Source: Roseibacillus sp.
GTDB lineage: Bacteria > Verrucomicrobiota > Verrucomicrobiia > Verrucomicrobiales > Akkermansiaceae
Reading direction: 5' to 3'
Assembly: GCA_051251855.1 (NCBI GenBank)
Contig: JBPOGI010000002.1
Span: 448,001 to 512,000, forward strand
DNA: 64,000 nucleotides
Part shown: positions 46,936 to 56,959 of the stretch, piece after piece
Position numbering within the stretch: position 1 is the stretch's first letter
Layout: every line of letters starts with the position of its first letter
Notes under the pieces: model-generated
Databases searched by the model: none
What the model was told of the DNA's origin: nothing
What the model saw: only the letters and a program-made list of their open reading frames with translations
Program-made: the position numbers and the translations under genes

Positions 46936-47556
46936 GTGGCTTTGACTGGATTTCCTTTGCTTGAGAGTGACCTAGCGCGGACGGTGCGGGAGGCGGCTTT
47001 GGATTATGAGAGTTTTGGGGCGCTGATTCGGGCGTGTGATTTGCGGCGTTGTCGGGGGATGTGTTGTCATGATGGGGTGTTTGTGGGGGCTGAGGAGCGG
47101 GAGGTGATGTCGGAGGTTTTGCCGGGGCCGCACTTTGAGCAGCGTGGAGGGCGTTGGAAGACGCGGACTGTTGCGGCGGGAAAAGAGGCGTTGGGAGAGG
47201 GCTTTCCGGGACATTTTCCGAAGACACGGTGCGTGTTTCTTGACGGGAACGACTATTGCGGGTTGCAGAGTCGAGCGATGGCGGAGGGAAAGCATCCCTG
47301 GTTCTGGAAGCCGTTTCCATGTTGGCTGCATCCGCTGGGATTTCGGAGGGGAGAGGCGTCTGATAGGCCGATTCTGTCTTTGCCTACTTTGGGAGAGGAC
47401 CCGGCGGCAGGAGAGGACTATCCGGGATTTGCGTCGTGCACGACTTGTGGGAAGGCTGATTCAGAAGGGGAGCCGGCTTGGAAGGTGTTAGAGCCGGAGC
47501 TGAGGTTCCTCTCGGATATCAGTGGGCGGGATTTGGTGGCCGAGTTGAGGGGGTGA
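46936..47556 (+). CDS. Cys-rich protein (DUF3109-like)
   Basis: CDLRRCRGMCCHDG, CVFL...CGLQ, KPFPCWLHP. Confidence 0.75.
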   Translation: MALTGFPLLESDLARTVREAALDYESFGALIRACDLRRCRGMCCHDGVFVGAEEREVMSEVLPGPHFEQRGGRWKTRTVAAGKEALGEGFPGHFPKTRCVFLDGNDYCGLQSRAMAEGKHPWFWKPFPCWLHPLGFRRGEASDRPILSLPTLGEDPAAGEDYPGFASCTTCGKADSEGEPAWKVLEPELRFLSDISGRDLVAELRG

Positions 47557-47851
47557 GCTGAGGAGATGTAATACCACTCCGAGTTTCAAAAGAGACAAAT
47601 GATACTTTTTCGGCTTTTGGAATTTGCGCTTTGCAACAGCTGGAAAAGGCCGGGCGCTTTTCCGAAATAGCAGCGTTTTTCCTCGGTCATGGTGCTTGCA
47701 CCATTCCCTCGTCATGCCTTGCTTTTTCAAAAAATCGCACCGGCATTTATCTCTTTTGAAACTCTACTTGGTATAAGTTGTTTGGTTTTTACGGACTCGG
47801 ACTTTTGGGTGGACTGAAGATCCGCGCTCCTGTTGTGCGAGCCTGGTCCTA

Positions 47852-50191
47852 CTACTGGGTGAGCTCTTTGATGGTCTTGAGCTTTTCCTTGGGCTCTTCT
47901 TCGGCTTCGATAACTTTGATGGTGTCTTCGAGCAATTTACGCCATCTGGTGTCGCCCCCACCTTTGAGGGTGGCGGCTGCTTCTTTGACCGGTTGAAGAT
48001 GCTCTTTGGCGTGTCCTTTGTATTTGAGGACCAGTCTAGCAGCGAAGGGCAGGCGGCTGTTTTTGCCCCAGCCCATATCAGATAAGATGGCGGTGGAGGC
48101 GATGACTCCTTCTTCGAGGTTGAGAGCGGTGAGGGTTTCGGCACAGGAGACTCTGAGCTTGTTGGCGAACATGATGTTACCCTCGGGTAGCTGGAAGGCT
48201 TGCTCATAGATTCCGGGGAGGAGAGGGTAGAGTTCTTTCTCGGGTAGGTATTGGAGCCCCATTGCGATGCGGGATGAAACAAGGGCGTCTTCGTCCGCGA
48301 GAAGGATGTTAACGGCGGCGATGGTTGCTTTGCGGTCTTTAGGGGCATTGAGTAGTTTTCCTACTGCTTGAGAAGAAACGCCCAGGGGGAAGAAGGTGTT
48401 ACCGATGGCTTGGGTGAAGATGGGGGCTTCGGCTTTGTTTTTAGCGAGGTGCTTGAAGACTTCTTCCAAGGCGCGGGGCTTGTTTTGTCCGGCGAGTTTG
48501 CTGATGGCCACGACTTGGACGGTGATGTCTTTGTCGGCCAGCAGAGGGACGACTTGCTCAAACTTTTTACTTGAGCGAATGGCGGCAATGCGGTCGAGGG
48601 GATTGGTTGAGCTGAGGGTGGCATCTGTTTTCAGTTCGACCTTCCGACGTCGCAATTCGCGGGCGCTCGCGTTGCGCACGATGGGCGACCAAGAGGAGAG
48701 GCATTGGCGCAGATATTCCACGGAGGCATAGCGGTAGTTGATTTTTCCAGCTTCGATGGATTCCGAAATTTCGTTGGCGGTGAGTTGGGGCACGTTGCCA
48801 ACGTCGCGTCCGGTGATGCGGAGTTTTTTGAGAGGGAGGGCGAAGTGGAGGAGGTAGGCTCCGGGAGTTTTCCATGAATGATGAGGACTGTTGCCGCGCT
48901 GGCGGGGATAGCCTTGGTAGGGGAAGCGGTATTCGGAGTCGCGAGCGAGGTCGTAGTACCAGCCGAATTCTTGCAGCCAAGAACCGGTAGCGGCGGGTCC
49001 GGCTAGAGAGACGGCAGGAAGGGACCAGAGCATGTTGAAGAAGTTGCCTGTATGGCCTTGTTCGCGATCGGCGCCGTAGGCTGCGATGGCGGTGCGGGTG
49101 TAGTAGCGGCAAGCAGCTTTGTCGTTAAGCAGACTGTAGAAGATAGCTGCGGCAGAGTTTTTGCCGTTGTCGTCGTGGCCATATTGCAGGTTGGGAGGGC
49201 CGTCTCCATAGGGGATGGCACCCATGCCGATATGTCGGCGAAAGAAGTTGGCGGCGAGCTCGATGCTTTCGTCGAGTCCGGTGAAGGAGATTCCGCATTC
49301 GCGGGCAAGAACGAGGGAGGTGGCGACGGGGACACCCACGGCATTGACGGCGCCGTATCCGTTCAAGCGGTCGGTGTCGGGGTTGACGAAAGTGTGACCC
49401 CAAGTGCCGATGGGGCCTTGTCCTTCGACGAGGCGGCCGGTGAGACGGCGGATTTCGGGGAGGACGTCAGGGTCTTTGGTGAGGAGGTAGTATTCGCAAA
49501 GGAAGATGTTGGCGAAGGAGTAGTGCCAGCAGGCGAGAGAGATGTTGGGGCCCAGCGGATTGGCGAAGGTTTTGTGGGCGTGTTCCGCGATGGCTTCTTC
49601 GTAGGAGCGGTCACCGGTGGCGAGAAGAGCGAGGGCGTTTATGTGGCTGTCGATGGAGGGGCGGCCGAGGCCTCGTGCCACAAGAGCGTCGCATCCCTCT
49701 TGGAGAATTTTTTCGGATTTGGGACAGTCGAACGGAGCGGTGGGTGAGAAGGCGGGAAGGTGCTCTAGTTTAATAGCGATTGTTTCGGTCTCTCCTCCTC
49801 GAAATCGGAGTAGCTTCAGCTCGCCAGAAGGAGAAGCTTCCGCAGGGGAAATGGCTTTGGCAAAGGCGATGCGGGCATCACTTTCGAAAGGAGTTTCGCC
49901 CAAACCGACAATGACATCTCCTTTTTGCAGAAGGCCTTTGGAGGGACCGTCAGGGGAGACTTTGGTGATGAGAATCTGGCGACTCTGTCGAGTCGTGCCC
50001 GGGGCTCCGTCGGCGCTGACTTGGACCCAGCCTCGTGCTCCAGTGGGGCCGAGAGTCCAGTCGTGGGAGGTGTTTTGAGGGAGAGAGGCGCCCTGGGTAA
50101 AGTCGAGAAGCTTGGAGGATACTTCAGGGTCCTTGGCGTTAGCAAGGAAGGTGAGGCTGAGAGAGAAGGCGAGAAGGAGTGAGTGGTTCAT
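47852..50191 (-). CDS. Secreted DUF6288-type protein (PDZ-like, alpha/alpha toroid and HEAT-like regions)
   Basis: Signal peptide; HDWTLGPTGARGW, GPSKGLLQKGDVIVG, HDDNGKN, GHTGNFF. Confidence 0.75.
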   Translation of the reverse strand: MNHSLLLAFSLSLTFLANAKDPEVSSKLLDFTQGASLPQNTSHDWTLGPTGARGWVQVSADGAPGTTRQSRQILITKVSPDGPSKGLLQKGDVIVGLGETPFESDARIAFAKAISPAEASPSGELKLLRFRGGETETIAIKLEHLPAFSPTAPFDCPKSEKILQEGCDALVARGLGRPSIDSHINALALLATGDRSYEEAIAEHAHKTFANPLGPNISLACWHYSFANIFLCEYYLLTKDPDVLPEIRRLTGRLVEGQGPIGTWGHTFVNPDTDRLNGYGAVNAVGVPVATSLVLARECGISFTGLDESIELAANFFRRHIGMGAIPYGDGPPNLQYGHDDNGKNSAAAIFYSLLNDKAACRYYTRTAIAAYGADREQGHTGNFFNMLWSLPAVSLAGPAATGSWLQEFGWYYDLARDSEYRFPYQGYPRQRGNSPHHSWKTPGAYLLHFALPLKKLRITGRDVGNVPQLTANEISESIEAGKINYRYASVEYLRQCLSSWSPIVRNASARELRRRKVELKTDATLSSTNPLDRIAAIRSSKKFEQVVPLLADKDITVQVVAISKLAGQNKPRALEEVFKHLAKNKAEAPIFTQAIGNTFFPLGVSSQAVGKLLNAPKDRKATIAAVNILLADEDALVSSRIAMGLQYLPEKELYPLLPGIYEQAFQLPEGNIMFANKLRVSCAETLTALNLEEGVIASTAILSDMGWGKNSRLPFAARLVLKYKGHAKEHLQPVKEAAATLKGGGDTRWRKLLEDTIKVIEAEEEPKEKLKTIKELTQ

Positions 50192-50207
50192 GAGAAAGAT
50201 TAAAGAG

Positions 50208-50243
50208 AAAGAGCCCAAGAAGCAGATACTTCTTGGGCTCTTT
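50208..50243. terminator. Intrinsic terminator hairpin
   Basis: AAAGAGCCCAAGAAG-CAGATA-CTTCTTGGGCTCTTT. Confidence 0.8.
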
Positions 50244-50271
50244 GTATTGGGTTTCCTAAAATATGTCGATA

Positions 50272-52623
50272 CTAAGGCATGCTAACGGAGAGTCTCACGA
50301 AGACTTTCTCAAGGGTCGCGGGGACGCTTGAGGTCGTTACGGTGACGGTTTCGTAGCCAGTAGCAGCGGCAACTGGTGTGCCAGGAGTAATTGTGACGGT
50401 GTTGGCTCCATTGGCAACTCCACTGGCGGTCCAATCGCCATCGAGGGTGGTGGACCATTCGTAGGTTGCGGTGATGTCCGAGTCGTCGACAGGACGGTCG
50501 TGGGTAAAGACGATTTCGCCAGCTCCTGCGGCGCTCTCGACGCACAATGGCGAAGTCGAACTGTTGGCTACGGTAGGGTCGCTATTGAAGAAGTAATACT
50601 CTAAGCCATTAGCAATGCCGTCGCTGTCGTCGTCATCGTTAAATCCGCCCGTGAGACGAGCAAAACCTGCGGACCAAGCTGCATAGGGGCCACTGGCAGC
50701 GCCTGCGGTGTAATCGAGAACGACGTCGGTTCCCACCACATTCAAAGCCCAAGTTCCGGTTCCGGAAGTGAAGCCGGAAGAGTCGAGGGTGATTTGGGAC
50801 GGAACGAGGGTAGGGGTGCCACCAATAGTGGCGACGATGAAGCTGGCATTGCTTTCTGTGAAGTTGGCAAGAGCGGCTTCTTCGATGACGATGTTGAGGC
50901 TGCTGGTAGTGTCGAGAGTGACGTCTCCGGTGACTGCCAGTTGCGTGAAGCCTGTTCCTGCAGCACCGGTCCAGTCGGAGACTTCCCAGTTGAAGGTGGT
51001 GTCGCTGCCTGCACCTGCGGTGAAGGAGGCGGCGGTGGTGGCTTCGTCAATGGTGAGGGAGGCGTCGTTGGTGACGTCTCCCACAATGCAGGCTCCTAGC
51101 GAATTACCGATGCGAAGAGTTCCCGCGTTGATGTCTACCGAGCCAGTGATTGCGACGGTTCCAAGACCGATGGCTCCGTCTCCGTTTTTGACAACATCCA
51201 GGTTACCTCGATCATCAGCTACGGTGACTCCAAAGGCGGAACCGAAGTTGAACTCCTCGTCAACTGCGGGGTCATCGGCAATATCAAGAATCACGGTGCC
51301 GGTCTCGGTCGGGATACCAGGGGAAGTCGCGGTATCATAGTTGATGACTTGGCGGATATTGTTCGCTGCTGTGCTGAGACCGGTGAGAGTTTGGGTGAAG
51401 CCGTTGAGCACGAAGAGAGAGCTGCCGCCGCCTCCAATCGTTAAGATGGTGTCGTCAGGAAGGGCTTCATCGATTCCCAAGCCGATGCGTCCACGAAAAA
51501 TTTGGGTATTGCCAGTGTAGTCGTGAGTATCGCTTGTTAAAATAAGGCCATTGGCATCAGCTCCTTGAGCGCGGCCGAGTTGTAAACCGCCGGTTCCGGT
51601 GATCGTGCCTCCGTAGCTACATGGCGCTCCCGACATCACAATAATGCCTACTTTGTCTTCATCAACACCACCATCCAAGGTGATGCCTCGATTGGATTCG
51701 AGGGAGGGAACATTGACGAGCTTCAATTCACCTCCTTCGCGCAGTATGATGTTGTCGGGATCGACGGTGGCAGGGACTGCCCCGAGTGCCGCATCTGCTG
51801 ATAAAATTTGAAGTTCGCTTCGGTTGGTGGAGCTATCGACGATGACGCCTCCCGAGAAGGTGTTGGCGGCATTGTTGAGACGAACAAAAAATCCGTTGTG
51901 GGAGATGACATGGAGGGTTCCGTCGCCGCTGACGATTCCGTTCAAGTTTGAAAAACGATTAAACCGGTTGCCGAATCGAACGATCCCAGCTCCCAGTTCC
52001 CAGTTATTGAAGTATCCTTGGCTTGAATTACGCTCATGGACATAGGTGCTATTACCAGCGAGCTTGACAGTCCCAAATTGACCGATGGTGGCCGCGTTGC
52101 CTCTCACTGTTGTGGCTTCGGTGACATCGAGAGTGGCTCCTGCTGCGATCCAAGGTGCGTCATTGGGCTTCTCACCCGTGTCGAAGACGCCTGCGCCCAC
52201 GATGGTCAAGGTGTCTCCGGTGGCAATGGAAAGAGGAGTGTCGTTGGTTTGATTGTTCACGAACTCGATCTCGGTCCCGCCCGTGTTCCAAGTGGCGCCA
52301 CCGGCCTTGATTGTGATGAGTCCAAGATTGTCGGTGACTGATTGGAGGGAGAGGAGCCCTGCGGTGGAAAGGTCGCCCACGGTGACTCCGCCATCAGCGA
52401 CATCGACAAAGGCTCCAAATGCGTCGGGGAAAATGGCTTCTTGGGCCCCGGTGTTGTCCCAAGCGACCTCGGGAGCGCTGCCGTCGTCGTCCCAGTTGAG
52501 GGAGGTGAGATCCCAGAGGATATCGGCATCTGGGAGCCAAGTGAGTTGGGCGGAGGAAGAAACGGTCACAGCTGCCAAAATGGCACCTGTCTTCAGGAGA
52601 AGAAAAGGACGGGTAATTTTCAT
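50272..52623 (-). CDS. Secreted passenger-associated beta-strand-repeat protein (no beta-barrel seen)
   Basis: Signal peptide from MKITRP; ANTFSGGV, HDYTGNTQI..G, VKNGDG...GTL repeats; C-terminal module. Confidence 0.82.
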   Translation of the reverse strand: MKITRPFLLLKTGAILAAVTVSSSAQLTWLPDADILWDLTSLNWDDDGSAPEVAWDNTGAQEAIFPDAFGAFVDVADGGVTVGDLSTAGLLSLQSVTDNLGLITIKAGGATWNTGGTEIEFVNNQTNDTPLSIATGDTLTIVGAGVFDTGEKPNDAPWIAAGATLDVTEATTVRGNAATIGQFGTVKLAGNSTYVHERNSSQGYFNNWELGAGIVRFGNRFNRFSNLNGIVSGDGTLHVISHNGFFVRLNNAANTFSGGVIVDSSTNRSELQILSADAALGAVPATVDPDNIILREGGELKLVNVPSLESNRGITLDGGVDEDKVGIIVMSGAPCSYGGTITGTGGLQLGRAQGADANGLILTSDTHDYTGNTQIFRGRIGLGIDEALPDDTILTIGGGGSSLFVLNGFTQTLTGLSTAANNIRQVINYDTATSPGIPTETGTVILDIADDPAVDEEFNFGSAFGVTVADDRGNLDVVKNGDGAIGLGTVAITGSVDINAGTLRIGNSLGACIVGDVTNDASLTIDEATTAASFTAGAGSDTTFNWEVSDWTGAAGTGFTQLAVTGDVTLDTTSSLNIVIEEAALANFTESNASFIVATIGGTPTLVPSQITLDSSGFTSGTGTWALNVVGTDVVLDYTAGAASGPYAAWSAGFARLTGGFNDDDDSDGIANGLEYYFFNSDPTVANSSTSPLCVESAAGAGEIVFTHDRPVDDSDITATYEWSTTLDGDWTASGVANGANTVTITPGTPVAAATGYETVTVTTSSVPATLEKVFVRLSVSMP

Positions 52624-52785
52624 GGTTTGATTGGTTTGAGAGCTGATTTTGGCTGGAAATCGTTGCGTCCGGACAAACATTCTCAAATGTTCAACCCTAT
52701 TAAAGCACTGTTTCTTTACAGCTGAAAAAGATTCTTTTCCGCCCTTGTTATTTCTCGTCTTCGCCAATGAGGCGATACTCCTACT

Positions 52786-54852
52786 TTAGGGAGTTCTAAC
52801 GACGTTTTCGATTTCTATAATTTTGAGATGTTTGGGGAGTTGGGTGAGCTGCTCTATCGAGAACTGGTCTTTGAATACAATGAGCTCTTCGAGGTTCTCC
52901 AATTCGGCAAGAGGGGTTAAGGTTGCTTTGGGACCTTCTCTAATATCAAGCCGTCTGACGGTGATGCCGTGGAGTTGCTCGTAGTTCCGTAGATTAGGGG
53001 CGCGGAGGGTGAGCTCGTTCAAATCAAGCAATCGAAGAATGCAATGGCTGGGGTAGGCTGAGTTGAGGTGGGGCACTCTCGGGCGATAGAGGGTGAGAAT
53101 CATTCCGCCTGCGATGCTGAGCGAGCGGGTGTCGGCATCAAATACCCATTTGCCCTGAGTCCATCGGGTATTCGCGATGCGGAGAAGACGCTCAATGATG
53201 CGAGCTGTTTGTCGGGGAGACTCTCGCTTGAGACTGTCATAGATGACGATCTTTTCCATAAAGGGGGAGCGATCCTGCTTCGAGGGAGAGTCATCTGGTA
53301 AAACGGCTAACTCGTCGAGCAGGTTGATGAGGTCATCGGGAGATAAAAGCCCATTGGGTTGGAGGAGCGGGGCGTATTTGGAAGCCAAGGCACGGAGGTC
53401 TCCCTGTTCTCCTTCTCGAACCTTGTAGAAGGCTTCCACGTCATGGAATTTTTGCTGTAGGAATAAGGTGTAGCCTTTGACGGTCCAAAGGCGATTGGTC
53501 GGGCGGGGGTCCTCGAGGAGGGCGCGGTCCATCGTGGCCATGGCATTCTCTAAAGCAGTGAGGCTGATAGCTTCGTCCATGATGAGGTTGTCGAGGATCA
53601 GGAGGGTGCCATCCAAGACGCTTTCGCTCTGGCGCTCGATGAGGGCGGAGGAGAACTGCCGTTCGTTTCGAAACTTGGTGAGAGAATCAACGGCTTCGTG
53701 GCGAGCGATATCAGCTTGCGCTTTTTCTTGGCGAGCAATAAGGAGCGCTTCCTTGGACTTTTCCAGGGCAACGGCCTTTTCTTGATAGCTCACCCCCAGT
53801 TTTTGGGTGAACCAAATGGCGAAACCAAACAGGATGAGGAGTGAACCTGCTGAGATGAGCGAAATGACTCGATTGCGTTGATAGAATAAGCGCGCTTCTC
53901 GGATGAGACCTGCTTCCTCGACTTTAGGGCTGCGTCCCATGAGGTGTAATAAGACGTCGTTGAGCAGTTCTTGGGTGCTTTCGTAGCGGTCTTCGGGCAG
54001 GGGTGCACAGGCTTTGCTAATAATGGCGGCAAGGGCAGGGGACTCGGGAGGATTTTTCTCGCGTTTGCTAGGAAAAGAGAGGGTGGTGAGCTCGTAGAGG
54101 AGGCACCCGAGGGAGAAGATATCGTTTTGAACTTTCTTGGGTGCTCGGTGGTGTTCTTGTTCGGGGGCCATGTAGCCGGGAGTCCCTTTGATAGGGGGAT
54201 CAACTTGGCCTCCATAGAGGTCGGGGTCGAGGAGCGCCTCGGAGAGATGTTCTTCGCTGTCCCCTTGAGCGATTTCTCCCATGCCCCAGTCGCAGACTTG
54301 CACTTCCCCGAAGAGACCGATTTGAATGTTTTCGGGTTTGAGGTCGAGGTGCAAGACGTGTCTTGAATGGGCGTAGGAGAGGGCTTCGCAGATTCTTGTG
54401 AAAATGGTCAGCCTTGTGGGGAGAGGGTAATCGCTTCGGCTCTTTTCTTTTTTAAGGGAAGAGAGAATCTTACGGAGGGATTGTCCGCGCTTGAACTCCA
54501 TGGTGAAGTAAGGGCGGTCGACCTCATCGATTCCCATATCAAAGAGCTTGATGATATTGGGGTGGTCAAGTCGTGCCGTAATGTGCGCTTCGCGAAGAAA
54601 GGCATCGTAGCGTTCGTGTCGGAACCCTTCTTTGGGACGGGCAAGGGCGACGGTGCGCTCCATCTGCTGGTCTTGGACGCGGAAGACTTCCTTCATGCCT
54701 CCAATGCCGATAGAATCCCAGCCCGTGTAGCGGACTTTGCTGTCTTTGAGAGATTGGTAGAGGGGGCTGAGGTCAAGAGCGGGCTCCTTGGCAGGGACCT
54801 CTTGGTCGGCGAGGTTATAAAGGTCGCGAAATTGTGAGGATTGTGTGGGCAT
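52786..54852 (-). CDS. Membrane Hanks-type Ser/Thr kinase with extracytoplasmic LRR-like tail
   Basis: GIGGMK, LREA, LDHPNII, HLDLKPENI, DWG, GTPGYMAPEQ, DIFSLG; TM segment. Confidence 0.9.
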   Translation of the reverse strand: MPTQSSQFRDLYNLADQEVPAKEPALDLSPLYQSLKDSKVRYTGWDSIGIGGMKEVFRVQDQQMERTVALARPKEGFRHERYDAFLREAHITARLDHPNIIKLFDMGIDEVDRPYFTMEFKRGQSLRKILSSLKKEKSRSDYPLPTRLTIFTRICEALSYAHSRHVLHLDLKPENIQIGLFGEVQVCDWGMGEIAQGDSEEHLSEALLDPDLYGGQVDPPIKGTPGYMAPEQEHHRAPKKVQNDIFSLGCLLYELTTLSFPSKREKNPPESPALAAIISKACAPLPEDRYESTQELLNDVLLHLMGRSPKVEEAGLIREARLFYQRNRVISLISAGSLLILFGFAIWFTQKLGVSYQEKAVALEKSKEALLIARQEKAQADIARHEAVDSLTKFRNERQFSSALIERQSESVLDGTLLILDNLIMDEAISLTALENAMATMDRALLEDPRPTNRLWTVKGYTLFLQQKFHDVEAFYKVREGEQGDLRALASKYAPLLQPNGLLSPDDLINLLDELAVLPDDSPSKQDRSPFMEKIVIYDSLKRESPRQTARIIERLLRIANTRWTQGKWVFDADTRSLSIAGGMILTLYRPRVPHLNSAYPSHCILRLLDLNELTLRAPNLRNYEQLHGITVRRLDIREGPKATLTPLAELENLEELIVFKDQFSIEQLTQLPKHLKIIEIENVVRTP

Positions 54853-55499
54853 CAGTCGGTGGAGTTCTCCCCAAGTTCCTCGAGGTCTTTCTTTAACTGT
54901 TGGATTTCGCGTAAGAGGACGGTTTTGACTCGGTGCTTGAGAATGTAGACCGTGTTGGTCTTGATGCCGAGGGTTTCGGCGATGTGCTCTACGGTCTGCC
55001 CGTCCAAGGACATTGTGAAAACCTCGATAGCGTGCCCAGAGAAGACGAGGCGGGCTCTGTCCATCGCAAGTTCAACCACGTATTGCTGCCACTCTTCTTC
55101 GACCCTCTTTTCCAGCCCGGAGTCATCGGAAAGCATGTTCGCTTGCTGGGATTGCTCGTCATCAAAACTGGGCCCCGTTGGTTGGCGGTTACGAGAGCGG
55201 ATAATGTTGAGAGCGGTATTGCGAATGAGACGCGCGAACCAAGTTCGGAAGAGGGCGCGCTCGGGGTCACGCTCGTAGGTGTGGAGCCCTCGCCAAAGTT
55301 TGAGGAAGACTTGTTGCTTGGCGTCCTCCAAGTCAGCACCGCGAAAGCTCATGGAGAGAAGGACCTTTGATACGAAGGGCTCATAGTAGCTGAGTAGCTC
55401 CTCCCAAGCGGGGTGGTTCTCGTCTTCGCGTGCACGCTGGAGGAGGCTGACCCGAGTCAGCAGGCCTTCGTTGGCCGATTGTTGGGAAGCTTGAGACAT
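54852..55499 (-). CDS. ECF RNA polymerase sigma factor, translationally coupled to the kinase
   Basis: TRVSLLQR..AWEE, FRTWFARLIRN, region 4 IAETLGIKTNTVY; TGATG overlap with the kinase start. Confidence 0.92.
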   Translation of the reverse strand: MSQASQQSANEGLLTRVSLLQRAREDENHPAWEELLSYYEPFVSKVLLSMSFRGADLEDAKQQVFLKLWRGLHTYERDPERALFRTWFARLIRNTALNIIRSRNRQPTGPSFDDEQSQQANMLSDDSGLEKRVEEEWQQYVVELAMDRARLVFSGHAIEVFTMSLDGQTVEHIAETLGIKTNTVYILKHRVKTVLLREIQQLKKDLEELGENSTD

Positions 55500-55729
55500 G
55501 GGTTGTGAAAACCACGATACTTGCTAGGGAAGTATTTTGTGGCTTTGCTAATCCATATTCTATGCCGCTCAGGAGGGAGGGAAAGCGAAAAGCTTGGAGC
55601 TCTCTCTAGTGCCGTGAGGTTTCGGAACAGGTTGGTCCCATCATTCTTCAGCTCTTGCCAGATGCGTTTTTCTTGGGATTCAGAAGATGAGGATCCTCAA
55701 GATCTTGTTGAGCGTGGAGTCACCACTTC

Positions 55730-55864
55730 TTAGGGGGAGCGCTCTTCAACCTCCGAGATTACGGAGTCAGGAGTGCTTAAATGTTCCATTTTCTCGTCAG
55801 ACTTGGTGGCAAGCGAAAGCGAACAGAAAAAGCCGCTGATAGCGAAGAGGCTGAAGAATTTCAT
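55730..55864 (-). CDS. Possible small secreted peptide or gene remnant
   Basis: MKFFSLFAISGFFCSLSLATKSDEKME...EERSP (44 aa) with a signal-peptide-like start. Confidence 0.3.
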   Translation of the reverse strand: MKFFSLFAISGFFCSLSLATKSDEKMEHLSTPDSVISEVEERSP

Positions 55865-56061
55865 AGTGGGTGCGTTGTTAAGGCAGAAAAGGGGAGTTTC
55901 GCGGGATGCCTGTTGAAGGTATTCTTGCTGTGTGTGAACTACTCCCCACTTCTATCACCAATTGAGCAGCTCGTGGGCCAGAGTGAGGTGTTTGAACTAT
56001 GAGAAATCTGATGAAACCGAGTGAGTTTCGTGAGCGGATTTCATTTCAGGGATGGGGTGTT

Positions 56062-56391
56062 TTACCCTTCGTCTTTGAGGAGTTCGGCGACCGCTTGTGA
56101 GATGCGGAGGCGATGCATTTTATAAAGTCCGAAGGCAAGAATCGTGATGGCAAGAATCCAAGAGGCAACGTGGTAAGCGGCTCCACTGGGGACCTCACTC
56201 ATTGAGGGTGGCTGCGCTTTGAGTTGGGAAAGTTGTGCTGCGATTCGCAAATTGATCACGGTGATTGTCGCTCCTATGAAGGTCAGGAACGCGAGAGGCC
56301 AAAAAGCTTTGGCACGATGAATTCCGATTAAGATTCCCAAGGGGAGCCCTGCGAGAAGAAGGACTTTGAAGGATAGTTCGAGCAGAGCCAC
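56062..56391 (-). CDS. Small membrane protein (three TM segments)
   Basis: Hydrophobic 109-aa ORF 6 nt downstream of the next gene. Confidence 0.6.
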   Translation of the reverse strand: MALLELSFKVLLLAGLPLGILIGIHRAKAFWPLAFLTFIGATITVINLRIAAQLSQLKAQPPSMSEVPSGAAYHVASWILAITILAFGLYKMHRLRISQAVAELLKDEG

Positions 56392-56397
56392 TGAATA

Positions 56398-56793
56398 CTA
56401 CAGGCGGACAAGTTCGAGGGTCTCGGGGATGCCGCCTTTTTTGATTTCGACTTTAAAGGCATATTTCTGCTCCCGCTCAATATTGACCGTGTTCAAGGTG
56501 TTGGGAACGACCACAAAGATGTGTTGGTCGCTGCCACGATCATCGACGCGGAGATGGACAAACTTGCCGCTGTCTTGAGGCCGGATGGCGTGGACTTGGC
56601 CTTCGACGGAGTAAACGTTGCCTCGCAATGAGTTGGCGTTGTTACGAAAGGCGTCGACGGGGAGAGGGGGAGCGGTGAAGCCGGCGGGCTTTTTATTGAG
56701 AAAAAAGAAGCCTCCACCGAGGAGAATGACCACGGCGGCAATGATACCGATGGTGGTGGCGGGACTTGATTTAGAAGATGCGCGGCGAGCCAT
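56398..56793 (-). CDS. Membrane-anchored hypothetical protein (OB-fold-like)
   Basis: N-terminal TM segment; NANSLRGNVYSVEGQV beta-rich domain. Confidence 0.75.
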   Translation of the reverse strand: MARRASSKSSPATTIGIIAAVVILLGGGFFFLNKKPAGFTAPPLPVDAFRNNANSLRGNVYSVEGQVHAIRPQDSGKFVHLRVDDRGSDQHIFVVVPNTLNTVNIEREQKYAFKVEIKKGGIPETLELVRL

Positions 56794-56959
56794 GAGCTGA
56801 GTATGGGGACTGAATGAGAATTAATGAACAGAAATCTTAAGGCGTGTTCGAAAAGCTGATGCTACTGAAGAGGATATTTGGAAGGCTCGGTTCAGACAAT
56901 TGCTCCATCGACCAAAAAAAGAGAGTGACCAATGTAACTACATTAAATATACTTTCGTG

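Noticed and set aside
47557..47851. 295-bp gap between convergent genes considered for tRNA-Sec or another tRNA
   Set aside because: No cloverleaf or T-loop (GTTCRA) context found; only short palindromes and a REP half-site.
56008..56043. CTGATGA resembling a hammerhead ribozyme core
   Set aside because: The required GAAA after stem II is absent.
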